NCBI RefSeq assembly: GCF_009834535.1
Contig: NC_045697.1
Coordinates: 10,914,001-10,978,000 of the forward strand
Source of the DNA: Camelus ferus
Lineage: Eukaryota
Length of the DNA stretch: 64,000 bases
Reading direction: 5' to 3'
The notes under the pieces are model-generated. The model made no database searches. It had not been told where the DNA came from and saw only the letters and a program-made list of their open reading frames with translations. How positions within the stretch are numbered: position 1 is the stretch's first letter; every line of letters begins with the position of its first letter. Positions 1 to 11,791 of this stretch are shown one piece after another. The translations under genes and the position numbers were made by a program.

Positions 1-495
1 CATGAGAGAAAAAAATCAAGATCTCAGGATAGACTGCACTTTAAGTAGGGAGGCTTTGCACTGGAATCAGCAAAGCTTAAAAGCACTGGTGACGCCCAAA
101 CAGGGGCTTAAACTAAACAAGGGCTGCCCAACCCTCCCTGCTGGCCAATTTCTGAGTCCGTGAGAACTCCCCCCTCAAGAGTGCTGTGGTTTCAGAATTT
201 GATCATTCTGACCAAGTTCTTTTAGTAGCCAAATCTGATCTTTTGACAGGAAAGAGCAGTGGTTTTATATCTTTTTTTTTTTTAAGGCGGTACTTGAATG
301 CTTTCTTCAGATGAAGTAGCATAGAGATGCCTAATACAGAAACAGCTCAGGGAGGGGGGTCCTCTGAGTTCCTCCTTTTCAGCCTCTCCTTGTCCTTGGT
401 AGTGGTGGCTTCAGCATGTCTAGATAAAAGGAGATTAGGACCATTCATCTGATTGTAAAGGGGGGAGACCTCATCTTAATCTACAATTAAACAGC

Positions 496-740
496 AAAGT
501 TTTATTAGATATTTAGATTATTTATTAGATTAGCTTATTATTCTGATGAGCTGTTATAGGTTATATTATATTATATAAACAAAATTATATTTAATACATA
601 AAATATTACAGGTTAGATTATTATTATAAACCTTCATTAGACATAGGTTGTGCAGGTTTGTTAGATGTAGCCTAGGTGTGGGATTTTATTAGACTGTAGG
701 TTATTTGGGGACCCCTGTGTATGGGGTAGCTGGTTAGAAC
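496..740. repeat. AT-rich low-complexity tract with recurrent TTAGA / ATTAGATT motif
   Basis: About 8 copies of TTAGA (ttattagat, atttagatta, ttattagattag, ggttagatt, cattagac, gttagatg, ttattagac, ggttagaac) in an AT-rich stretch. Confidence 0.55.
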
Positions 741-1069
741 AGGAGTGATTAAGACTCCTTCCACCAAGCACCCACTGGGTGTCCCTTTGTCCTCGAGCCC
801 CTTCAGACCCCTCCACCGCCTGCCAGGCAGTTCAGACAGTACTGGTTTGGGGTGATAGCCCAGCTCTTGGCACTTGAAGCTGAGCATCCTGTGACCTTGG
901 CAAACCTCCCCCTCTCCCTGAACACGGACTCCCTGGGCCCAGGAGGATTCAGCATCTTGCCCCCAGTCTGTCCCCCAGGATTTTCTGGAGATGAATGAAA
1001 TTGAATCCACAAAACCTTCTCTGTTCCTTGGGGAACAGGGAGATGTAAGGAGAAGAAGAGAAAAGATAC

Positions 1070-1335
1070 CATTAAATTAAACTATCAGTAGCCTGGCCAC
1101 ACAGGGACAACATTCCTGGATCCAGCCTGTCCCATTGGAGCTGTTGACTGACTTATTTACAAAAAGGCTCAGAGCCTTTCCCCGCGGCTCCCTATATCAA
1201 GAAAGAATTGGAAAGTGATTGACAGTTTTGTCTTCCTTCTGGCAGTCCCTTGTGTTTTCCCCTACACTGCATACTCAGTGGAAATCTGTGGGACTGCATA
1301 AGAGGGCAGATGGCATGCAATCACGTGACCAGCAA
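1070..1335. promoter_or_regulatory. Candidate enhancer (motif cluster in unique DNA)
   Basis: CATTCC 1111-1116 (TEAD), TGTTGAC 1142-1148 and TATTTAC 1154-1160 (FOX), TGATTGACAG 1216-1225 (PBX-MEIS/PREP decamer), CAGATGG 1307-1313 (bHLH), TCACGTGAC 1321-1329 (USF/TFE E-box); no repeat recognised here. Confidence 0.4.
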
Positions 1336-2224
1336 CTAAGCTCCCATCCTTGACACAGGCTTAGGCGGTGATCCAGCCTGAGACAAGGATTGCTGAGTTA
1401 CTGTAAAGAGAAAGCCTCTTCCAAATGCTCAGACTCCCTGGCTCTCACCACAGGCGTAGGGGACTTGACTGTGAATACTTCTGGAATCCTCTCTGCCTTG
1501 TTCTTGATTAACCATTGAGATGGCGATGTACATTTCAGCAAAATGTGAACCTCATTCTGCTCCAAGCAGAGAGCAAACTGTAAGAACTAGGCGTTGTCCT
1601 AAAACATTGATAGATGGATTCACCCATTCATTTATTTTTGTATCAAGCATTGTGCAAAGTAATGAAGAGGCAGATTGAAAAAGAAAATCAGTACACTGGT
1701 TCCTCACCTGGGTGTTAGATACGTGTGGACCCCCGGATACTGTAGGCAAAAAGCAAGGGTATGCTTATGTCCATTTATCTTGAGAGAGGATGTGTAGCTT
1801 TGATCAGATTCCCCAAAGTTTAAGAGCAGCTCGTTCATGGGAAGGATCTGTTGCAAAGACTTTTGTGATAAAGTGTAGAATACATTAATTCAATCCAAGT
1901 CAGATGGAGTGGTGATGGAATGTGCAGGTGAAATATGAATTTCCAAAGGTGGAAACACAGATGGCCCAGGTGTTAGCAGCTGGACAAGAAAAGCAGTGAA
2001 GATTTCTCCTGGAGTGTGTTTACCTGATGCCTGATAATAGAAAGGTGAAAGCAACCCTTCTGGGAGATGAGAAGGAGGTTTTGCAGAACGCATGGAACCA
2101 CGAGTAACTTCTGGGATCATTTTTCTTCGCTAGACCTTACTGATGGTTTTCAGATTCCGTATGTAAGTGAGGGGGCAGGTGGCGTGTGGCTGTATGGGGG
2201 TGACTCTGGGGAAGTGAATTGAGA

Positions 2225-2325
2225 CCTGAGTTTGGGCAGCCTTTTTGGTCTGTAGAAGCAGTAACTTTCCCTAAGGACACAGGCAACCACTGGAGGATTT
2301 TAAGGGGTGTGGCATGATCTGATGG
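2225..2325 (-). mobile_element. L2 LINE fragment
   Basis: aaccactggaggattttaaggggtgtggcatgatctgat resembles antisense L2 3' region. Confidence 0.4.
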
Positions 2326-3422
2326 GTAAGGACAGCCCCCAGCGTCTGAAACTTAAGGACCAGTCCAGCTTTCTGATCTCAGACTCTGACCCCAGGTATC
2401 AGGCTCTGCTTTTTGTATGATGCTGGCTGGAGAGTTAAAAGGAAATCCTGTGTCCTTGGTGTGTCTCTTTCCCACCACGCATAGAGATTGTCAAGGGACA
2501 AGTGCTAGGGTAAAGACAGCTGCTAACTCACAGCCTTTTTCTTCAGACATTAACATGGCCAGCAGACTCCTGGAACTGCATTTTCTCACATGATTAGATA
2601 ACAAATGTGTGATGCTTTGAGTCTTTATAAACACCTGCTTACAGACAACGAAGACATGGAAAACAGAGTTTCAAAATAAAGACCTGTTTTCAGAAATAAT
2701 TTTGACATATTTTTGAGTTAGCCAGGTGTGATTTTCTGCAAAAATTTTCTGAGATCGTGGAACAAAACATTAAGGGACTCTTAGGAGTGGGGTGGGCGCC
2801 GTCCTGGAATGCATCAGACTTCAGAGGCCAAAGACAGTTGGGTTAACCCTCGGATTCCTGGGATTTATGATATTCTTAATCAGGAAGAAGGATCTGCAAG
2901 ATTTCTTCCAATTCCAAATGAAGGCAAAATTTATGTGCGGTCGGGTGAATTGGCCATCTCTTTCTAGAAAAGGCCATTTCATTTTCAGCCTTCATTTAGA
3001 GTTGGGAGTGATTTATCCCCTCGGTTAAGTGCCACACAGTCGGTCTTGAACCAAGGTGCATGTGAGACGTTTATTGGGCTGTAGCATAAGCCAGATGGCA
3101 TGCCTGCTCCCGGTGGGCCCCGCGGTCCTGTCTCCCCATCAAGCCACTGCCAGGCGGCACAGATTTGCACTCAAAGCAGTGCCAGTCCCACACCCAGAAT
3201 AAGTGCAAAACAATGAAACCTCTACCAAAACCTCCGCAAGAATTCCAAAGAATCACAATCCCATTCTCAGGAAAACGTTTTGAAATCTAGAGTTTCCATC
3301 TTTGCCGTATAGATTTTGCTGGCATAGTCCACTCCAACCTCTGCTTCCCTCTGTGTTGCTCATAAAAGTCTTTCTAAATGGAGGCCCGGCAGATTCTCAC
3401 TTTTTTGTCTCCTCCCCTTCAG

Positions 3423-3529
3423 GTCTTTATCATGTCAATCAAAATCATCCTCCTCCCTTCATTACCTGCATTGAGTCAGACCAAGAAAACCAGGAGTGAA
3501 CTTCACCAAGTCTTCCTTCTTCAGCAACA
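3423..3529 (+). other. Candidate exon (107 nt) of an unidentified + strand transcript
   Basis: Branch-like ctcac, pyrimidine tract ttttttgtctcctccccttcAG (AG 3421-3422), donor ACA|GTATGT at 3530. Confidence 0.25.
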
Positions 3530-3599
3530 GTATGTCGGGGTGGTCAGGAGGAGGTCTGAGTTCTCAGCCCAGGCTCGCTGCCTCTGTCCTGGTCACGAG

Positions 3600-3852
3600 A
3601 ACAAGCTGAGAAGCCTGTGGGAGATGAGACTGTACGAAGCATCCTTGACCATCCAGGCCCCGGCTTACACAGCAGCTAACGACAGGCCATGAGCAAGTCC
3701 GGGGAAGATCTGCTGAGCCTGTTCCCAGTCAACAAAGCCATCCAGCTGTCCCACAGACCTGTGAGCTTCAATGCTAGTCTGTCATTTTAAGCCAGTGAGT
3801 TTTGTGGTGGATTTTTGTTACAAAGCAGTACTGAGGCGATAGCAGATGATGG
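3600..3852 (+). mobile_element. MaLR MLT1 (F/G/H-like) LTR, 3' part
   Basis: cccacagacctgtgagc...ttttaagccagtgagttttgtggtggatttttgttacaaagcag...atagc matches the MLT1 3' end. Confidence 0.6.
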
Positions 3853-4050
3853 CTGTCTACTGTCTTAAGTGCATTACAAATCAGGCTAAGTCTAACTTCA
3901 GTTTCATCCTCTTCCTAAGGCAATCTCTTTGCCCATGTCAGCCTACGTGATTTTCCTCTCAGCCGAATTTCTTCACCATAGAATTAGGGATCAGTCTCGG
4001 CGTTGTCCTGGGACTTCTCCTACTTTTCTCACGTACGTTAAGAGGCTCAG

Positions 4051-4541
4051 TATCGTAGACAGAACAATTTCCCCTCCTTCCCTCCTACGTTCTTTGGCTG
4101 GCCTGATAATAAAATTGACATAAGACAGATTAACAGGAGAAAAACAAATTTAATTTCATTCTTACAGGAGCCATATAAAACTATGTGACTCAAAAAAGTG
4201 ACCAAAGCACTCTACCTTTTAGACAAAAAAACAGTAAATTCATAGAGAATTGACCAGACAAAGGGTTTTGGCCTTGAGGTAATAAATTAGTGAAGAAATA
4301 ACAAGATTTGTTTGTTCAGCCTCCTCGGACCTAAATTCCCTATTTCTGCTGATAAGGATGCCTTCTGCCCTCCTGGTGCAGGAGAGTACCTTTCACAGGG
4401 GAGATTTATCTCCTGCTTTCAGAGGGACAAAGGAGGGTCAGCGTGTCCTTCTTGTACTGGCTGTTTCTCAGGTCACTTTAATTCAAAATAATCAATATTC
4501 CAAAGTGACACATTTTGGGGGGCATCTTCTGCTCCCTTTCC
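4051..4541 (-). mobile_element. ERV1 solo LTR (MER34/MER39-like)
   Basis: aaattgacataagacagattaacaggagaaaa...ggagatttatctcctgctttcag...ttcaaaataatcaatat..ccaaagtg.cacattttgggg..gcat.ttctgctcccttt is typical of this LTR group in antisense. Confidence 0.7.
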
Positions 4542-5079
4542 TCATGCTGCCTCGCCACCCTGCCCCCACCCAAATCGTGTCCCCTTGCAACGTCTCATGA
4601 TGTAACACCATCATGACCCACAGGAGAAAAGAACTTTTTAACTGTCTCCATAATGTCAAGAATATCATTTGTTATACCTAACTCATGCGTTTTGCTCCGT
4701 GACAGCGTAAAGCTGTCAACATTTTTGTCCAGAGAGAAATAAAAAGCAAAGAAACCAGCTGAGTGCTATTCAAGTGGGTAGAAGCCCCCCAGGTTAGATG
4801 GTGCTAGTCTCTCCTGTCCCCAGCCTCTCGTCCCGTGTCTGGGAACTCTTCTTTAGGAGACGGCAAGCTTCCTGAGGTTAGCATCCTTTGTCTTCTTTTT
4901 GCATCTCTCTTAAGATCTCAGGGGGCACCAAGACGTAGGCCATTATAAATGATTGCTGACTGACTACTTGATGGATACCTTAAAAGGTGTAGCAATGTCC
5001 CCTCCTGCCCCCAGTGGATGGACATTTTTCAATTCTTGTTTGCTTTGTCCTCTTCCCCTCATTTCTCCTTGATTACTGC

Positions 5080-5410
5080 CAGGGAAGTTTCCTCCATCCC
5101 AACTCCAGGGAGCCTGTTTTATTTCTTAATTACTTTCCCTGCTGAGAACATTCCTGTCTTGCTGTATCTAACCCAAATTTCCCTTCTGTAGCTTCAGGCC
5201 ATTGCTCCTTAGTCTAAATCCTCTGAAAGGAAGAATAATTCCCTTGATTAATTTATATTGTAATCTCGAAGCTGTTTATACATCACAATTTCTGCTTCCC
5301 CTGGAGTCTCTTTTTGCTAGATTAGAGGAATAAGATTTCTCTCTCTCCATTTCTTCTCCATACCTAAATTTTTGGTTTACAAACCTCTGAGGTCTTTCTA
5401 GGTGCTGTCT
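5080..5410 (-). mobile_element. CR1/L3 LINE fragment (3' end of ORF2)
   Basis: tatctaacccaaatttcccttctgtagcttcaggccattgctccttagtc resembles antisense CR1 (tatctaacctaaatctcccttgctgcaatttaagcccattg). Confidence 0.55.
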
Positions 5411-5440
5411 TGAGATATTTTTCTTTCCGGGCTGCTGTAT

Positions 5441-5691
5441 AATAATTGCTCTCATTTATTGAATATTTACTCTAGGCGCGAGGCAGCAGGCTAAGTGTTT
5501 CCACACACATTATTTTGTTTGACTCTCACAGCAAGGCAAGGGCTGTTATTAACCTGAGTTAATCTATGAAGAACCTAAGCCGAGAGAGGCTCAGTCACGT
5601 CTGAAAGTTTACTCTCCTGGTTAACGGCAGAGCTGGGGCTTGAACTCCGGTCTTTTCACTCTGCGCGTGCTCTTAATCGCTGCTCTGTACT
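5441..5691 (-). mobile_element. MIR SINE, near full length
   Basis: catttattgaatatttact...ctaagtgttt...ggcagagctggggcttgaactc...gctcttaatcgctg is the antisense MIR layout. Confidence 0.75.
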
Positions 5692-6998
5692 CTCTTCCCG
5701 TACGGCCACAGCGCATGGTCTGTCTGGTGGTTCTCACCAGGCTGTCTGCGTGGCACGGTGGTCTCCTTTTCAGTTCCCTTGTTTTCACATGTTTTTTTAA
5801 AGAGTCCGTTGCGTGTGTTTGAAGATCAGTTTGAGCACATGTTGACTCTGTGAGCCTGGAACAGGTTATTGTCTCATCTGTGAAACCGGAGAGTGATCGT
5901 GCTTACTCTGACGCTCAGAGGAGCTCATGTATGTGAAGGTTCAGCATAAACTCTAAGTTCCTATGCCCATCAGAGTAACTTGTCTGATCACTCTGAAGGG
6001 TTTCCTTCTATTACTGTTAAATGACTTATTTTTATTACTATTGTCATTAATTTTGAGAGTGAGAAACTGGAGCATTGGGAGCTTGATAAATCCAAAAGTA
6101 TAAAAGTCGCTGAGGTTTTAGGGTACAGCATCCTAATCTGGACTCGGAATTCAGATCCGCCTTTGGCTTTCACCGCCGGCACGCGTATGAGCTTGAGCCA
6201 ATCCCTGGTTGTCCCACGTCCACACGTTCACGTAGTGTTGCACCCCAATCTTCCCTTTTGGGGTAGGTTTCTCTGGTTCCCAAGGTTTCCCTACCCTTGA
6301 GGAGAGGTGAACTGGTCCTGAGCGAACCTCCAAGGTGAGGATTAGCCCTCGCTTGGAGGTGCCGTGTGCAGGGCTGCCTTCAGCCTCCCTCTTCCACTGG
6401 GAGGCTCCCTCTCTCCTGCCAGCCTTGGAGAATCGGATATTTTTGTTATTGATTTTTTTGTGTATTTTAAGAGAACCAGTGAGTTTCTTGAATGGCCTTC
6501 AGTTCTCTCATCTTCAAGGTAACAACAGTGTTACCCATTTCTCAGGCAGGATGCTGTGAAGTGGATGAGCATCGTTCTGGCTGTGAATCAGTAGCCAAGA
6601 TACTTAACCCTCCTGAGCCTGTTTTCCTTCTCTGTAAAATAAGATCATTGGACCAGGTGAGAGATTAGAAGCAGAAATACCTGTGGCATCTGGACAAGTA
6701 TTGTGACGATCGCAGCTGGCTGGGTGTGGGCTGAAGGCTTGGCAAGCTGGAGCTCACCTGGCCCAGGTAATGGAGAGCCGCCGCTCACCTCCCCGTTTGT
6801 GCTGTGCGGAAAGCACACACCAGGGCTGCCGGATTTCAGATTGTTCAAAAAAATAGTTAAGGATCTGATTTCTCGGTGACATTTCCTTTTATTTTTAAAC
6901 GTGGGAAACAAATGACATTTTATAATAATTCTAAGCAAGGTGAAGCTTTGTAGACAAAACAAAAGACCTCGGAAGTTGAGCTGCCAGGTGAGTGGGCT

Positions 6999-7160
6999 AC
7001 AGTGTCACTTTAGAAGGTGCCTGTGAATCGCCTGGGGATTTGCTGACAGTGTCTGATTCAGGATGTCTGGAACCTACAACCTAAGACTGGGGGTTGCTAA
7101 CAAGCTTCCCGGTAATGGGATGCAGCTGGTCCAGAGCCACAGCTAAAGCAGCACGAAGGC
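6999..7160. mobile_element. MER5A hAT-Charlie MITE
   Basis: gaatcgcctggggatttgct...tctgattcag...ctaacaagcttcccggtaatg...gctggtccagagccaca. Confidence 0.65.
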
Positions 7161-7614
7161 TAGATGATCTCAGGAATAGGTTCCCTTCATCCTGAACAGT
7201 TAGTGATGCTGCTGAGATTCTTCATCCTCATTAGGCTCACCTCCACTGGACTCTCTCCCACCTTGACCGGCATCCCATTGCTCTGTCCCTCTGGGTTGGG
7301 CCCCTCCCACACAACATCCTGAATTCCCTTGGACTTTCAAATAATTATAGGCTCATTTGGTGATATAGGATGCTTGGTTTTGCTGGATATTGTAAAAGAT
7401 ACAACCTGATATAAGAGCATCCCAGATTTTTCGAGGATGCATGAATGGGAAGTATCGTAGGATGCTAAGAGCCCATGAAGGGAGCTGAGCTCACTAAATG
7501 GGAAACATGGAGATCTCTGTACAGAAAATGAGGGTCACAATTCAAACGTAGGCTTTTGGTCTCTCCTGATAAAGTCCCCATAATAAGGGTTGTTCTGTTG
7601 ATACAGGGTGGAAA

Positions 7615-8215
7615 TGTATTCATTTAGCTGTTGGATAAATACTCTTTGTCTATGATATGCCAGGCAACAGTCTACATGCTGGGGCTGTATCAGTGAGCAG
7701 GACAAAAATTACTTGCTCTAATGGAGCTACCTTCCAATGAGAGAAACAGATAAGAAATCAGTGAACAAACAAATACATAATATGTCAGGCAGTCATAAGT
7801 GCTATGAAGCAAAGAATTAATCAGGGTTGGGGGGAAGAGTGGGAGTGATTTTAAACAGAGTGGTTGGAAAAAATGTCTCTGGGAAGTGATGTTTGAGCAG
7901 AGACGTGGATCATACGAAGGAGCAAGGCATGCAGAGTTCTAGGGGAGGAACATTCCATGCAGGGGGAACAGCTGGTGCTGGGGTCCTCACGTGAGAACAA
8001 CCTAGGAGTGTCCAAGAAGCAGCAGAAGTCCAGTGCGGCCCGAGTGAAATTAGCAAGGGCAGAAGTGGCAGGAGGCGAAGTCAGCAAGGGAGGTGGGGCT
8101 GCCCGGAGCCTGGGAAGCTTCGGGAAGGCTGAGTTCTGTTCTAAGCATGATGGGAGATCACAAGATCACAGAAAGCTTATGAGCAGGGGGCTGATCTTTT
8201 GATTTGTGCTTTTGA
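7615..8215 (-). mobile_element. L2a LINE 3' portion
   Basis: Antisense L2 hallmarks: tatgccaggca...tgctgggg...gtgagcaggaca, ataagtgctatgaag, gtgatgtttgagcagagac, cattcca.gcag.gggaacagc. Confidence 0.85.
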
Positions 8216-8249
8216 TGAGATTACAAAGTGCTGAGAATCTGCAAATCAG

Positions 8250-8363
8250 GTCATAGTCTGTTTTTATAAATAAAGTTTTATTGGAACACAACCATGCATT
8301 AAGTTACCTATCACCTCTGGCTGCTTTGGACTGCAAAGATAGAATTTAGTAGTTGCAACAGAC
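8250..8363 (+). mobile_element. MER58 hAT-Charlie fragment
   Basis: tgtttttataaataaagttttattggaacacaaccatgc...tggctgcttt...agtagttgcaacagac. Confidence 0.7.
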
Positions 8364-8514
8364 TTGCTAGTCCATCCTCTACGTGGGCACCAGAGGGACC
8401 TGCCTATGAGGCAAATCTGACAACGCCAGGCTGGCCTCACTTGCAGCAGTGGTCCTCCATCACCCACAGGCCAAGTCCAAGCTCCTTCCCACGGTATCCA
8501 GGTCTTCCGTTCTC

Positions 8515-9488
8515 TGGCTCCAGCCGCACCTTCTTCTCTGTGCCTTATGATCGATGATCTAGGAATGCTGAACTTCATGCTGTTTTCCTTCTGTGTTTCT
8601 GTCTGACTCTTCCCTCTGTCTGAAATGCTCTCCTTCCCTGGCCCCTACCCTCATTAGTTTGTCTCCTCTTTATCCTTTAAGGCTGCGTGTGGGTGTCTCA
8701 TCCTCAGAGAACATTCTCTGCCCTGTCCATGCAGCCCCTGCCCCCCGGGACATGCGGGGACCCCTCCTCAGGTTTCCTGGACTACTCTCTGTATATATTT
8801 ACACTGCCTTCTGAGTTTCTGTTCATCTGTCTCCATCCATTAGCATGAAACCAACTCCAATTCACCTAAATAATGAGGAAATAGAACACAGACCCCTGCT
8901 GCTGGGAAGGCAGAGGCTGGCTAGGCTTCTGGGCTGGCCTGATCTGGAAGCTTCTGCTCAGTTTCTCTGTGCTTCTTTTGGCCCTGTAGTCCTCTAGGTG
9001 CTGGCTTCATCTTTAAGTTGGACACGGGATGGTGGTAATGGTTTCAGTGCCTCCCATAGCTAGAAGGAGACAGCAAACTTTCCTTCTTAATTTCATTGAT
9101 CTCTCTGGGGTCAGGTGTCTGCTTCTGAATCAGCCTTACTCACTGGGAGGGCCATGTGCAGATTGGCTCAGGCTACTCACTGGCAAGGCTAACGGGGTTC
9201 CTTAGAAGCCTTGTACCAAGTCCTCAAGCCAGGAATGAGGTCAGCCTGTTCTGGGGCCCAGGGGTGGCACAAGGCAGGTAACTGAACAATAGCAGGGATC
9301 TGTTAGGAAGGAGGAAGGGACTGGATGCTGAGCAGGCCATCTAGGATGCCCTGTGCTGTGTACCCACTGTTAGGTGAGTCTCCTTGGAGACAGTGATGCT
9401 GCCCTTTTTCATCTTTACGCCCCCAGTGCTGGGCCCAGTGCCTAACATAATGTAGACATCCAGGAAAAGTGTGATGAATGACTGAATT
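8515..9488 (+). mobile_element. L2 3' end split by an LTR (pieces ~8515-8843 and ~9365-9488)
   Basis: First piece: ccctctgtctgaaatgctct...ttcatctgtctcc; second piece: ctccttggagacag...cccagtgc..ggcccagtgcctaacata...gatgaatgactgaat (L2 tail). Confidence 0.6.
8845..9360 (-). mobile_element. MLT1K/L-like LTR inserted in L2
   Basis: gaaaccaactccaattcacctaa, gattggctcaggct, agccaggaatgaggtcagc, ctgttaggaaggaggaaggga.tggatgctg.gcaggc. Confidence 0.5.
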
Positions 9489-10009
9489 ATGATGACATTA
9501 AATACAGTTTAATTAGAAAGAAGACAACTTCAGAGAAGAACCACACTTGGGCCAAATGCAGAAAATCAGTACTTATTTCATAACACCTTCTTTTCTACCT
9601 ACAGAACCAGCCTTGCCCTTTGTTATTCCTGATCATTTGTGTTCTCTTAATTATAGAAATGTCATCATCAATGGTTAAAATTAAGTAAGGGCCTCTTGGA
9701 CAAAGATTCAAACGATGACGAGAGTGCAGACTGACAGGCAGCGAAGGGAATGCATGAGGTGCCACGGTCCACGCCTTCTGCTGGGTCCTGCTGAGGGCCA
9801 TCGCTCAGAGTAACTACTGAAGCCAGAAATTCACTGAGTTCAGATAATATCCAAGTGTTCTGAAGCTGTTGAGTGAATTATTCCTGGGAATCTTAATCAG
9901 AGTCCCTCAGGAGACAAAAACGTTTAGGCCAATATAAGTTTCAGCACTCAGCATCATGGCCTGGGCCAGCAGGAGGGTGGTGGAAGTCTCTCTCTGCTGG
10001 TCAGCAACC

Positions 10010-10490
10010 ATCTGTGCAAGCAGTCCTTGGTCACAAGGGACGTGAAACCCACTGGAACCAGCCTAAGGTGCTCAAGCTGCTCTCAGGTCAAAGGAAGAGC
10101 TGAAATCCAGGCCTTGGGAAATAAGGCCAGATATGGGCACTTTGGGAATTAGACAAAAGGGTCTGAACTCCACCAAGATCCATGTCCTCTCCTCTTGCTC
10201 TTCGTCTCTCTGGTTTCGGGCACCATTCCCTCTCGTGGATGCCTGTACAAGACTGGCAGCGCTGTACCCACAGCTCTTCGCTTTGCTTCTTCTCTGGCTG
10301 ACCTCCAGAGAGACAAAAACTCTCAGGTGATGCTCTGATTGGACCAAACTTGGGTAATATCCACACAGTCTGGACCTGTCAGTGGCCATGGGCTAAGGTC
10401 CAGTTGCTGGGCCAGCTTGGGCTGGAGACCTCCCCTCTGGCCAATTACTGTGTCCAGTGAGCTAAGTTTACGCACCTCCTTCTGCATCTG
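10010..10490 (-). mobile_element. MLT1K/L-like LTR; probably resumes at ~11015-11080 after MIR pieces
   Basis: tccttggtcacaagggac..gaaacccactggaaccagcctaag; tctgattggaccaaacttgggt; later gaggagcagttctccaaaagaagtcagggt. Confidence 0.5.
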
Positions 10491-10539
10491 ATGGCGGGGG
10501 TGGGGCGGGGGGGCTGGCATATGAGGAGGTGAGCACAGA

Positions 10540-10750
10540 TCCTGGAGCTACTTTTTAGCTGAACAACCTTGGATAAGTTACCTCACCCCCGTGCCCAGAT
10601 CTGTCACTTATGTGAAAATGGGGATGCTAGTAATAATACGGAGATTGTGATAAATAAATATATATATTTAATATATGTGTAAGGACTAAACACTGTGTGC
10701 ATGCATAATGTTAATTTTCACAATGTCACGATGTCAGTATTACTATTATT
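10540..10750 (+). mobile_element. MIR SINE
   Basis: accttggataagttacctcacccc...tgtgaaaatgggatgctagtaata MIR core. Confidence 0.6.
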
Positions 10751-11791
10751 GGGGGTGATGGAGATAATTGGAGATAAAAATGGGGATAATAATGGTACGT
10801 ATATCATGAGAACTAGATAGAGATGTATATAGAATAAGTGAAGTGAAAAATGCATGTGTCAGCACTAAACAATTTCTCTCTCCATGAGTATCCTTGTACA
10901 TATATGTATATGTGTATAATATTCATCTGTTCTCCAGCATCCATGCTATTATCATCCTCATTGCTTAGAACCATGTCTGACATATACAAAATGTTACATT
11001 AGTGTGATGGTCTATTAGCCATGAACTGGAACTGGGGTAGGGCTGGGAGGAGCAGTTCTCCAAAAGAAGTCAGGGTCTTGGGTTAACCTTGCCTGTTTCT
11101 CCAAGAGGCAGTGTTCCAGATGGGTAGCCCTGCCCCTTGAGCTCAGTTGCCTGCTACTTGGGTTCCCTGGACACCACTGGATTTGAATGCAGGAGGACTC
11201 AATTCTGGGTCATCTGAATCACTCCCCTGGGGCACTTTCAGTCCTTCTGACTAAGGCCAGGCTTGGCATGTGGGGCTGTACCTGTGCAGAAAGTCAAGAG
11301 TCCTGTCTCTTCTTCCCAGGTCATTGTCGTTGTCAGCCCAAGTATGAAACTCTAGGTTGAAAAGCAGCTCTTCATTCTCCAGAATCATGCATCAATGCAT
11401 AATGTGACAAGCTTTCTTGCCTCCTGTCCTCTTGACCTTTCAGGCCAAGGTTAAGGACACCATAAAATATCTTGCTTTTTGTAGTTTGTTACACGTAGGA
11501 ATCACTCTACTTGGGATAACTGTAGTTAGCATTAAGCCATAGTCATTCTTTACAAGCACTATGAACAGATTTGAAAGAACCAGTTTAACCAACAAGCACA
11601 CAGTATAACACAATACCCTTGGTTGATAGAGGCATCGGACAGATCCCATCTCCGTTTTCCCAGAGTGAGTGGCCTTGCGAATGAGTTTCCTGGCTCCAAG
11701 GACTGAGTAATTGTCAAAAACATGTGGAACTGTGGCACCCAAAGTCTTCAGTGTTTTTCCCAACTCTTTGAATAAAATTTGCAGTCCTTAT

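Noticed and set aside
2154..2162. 9-nt micro-exon (ttttcAG|ATTCCGTAT|GTAAGT)
   Set aside because: Short pyrimidine tract with a competing upstream AG and no supporting context; indistinguishable from chance without RNA data
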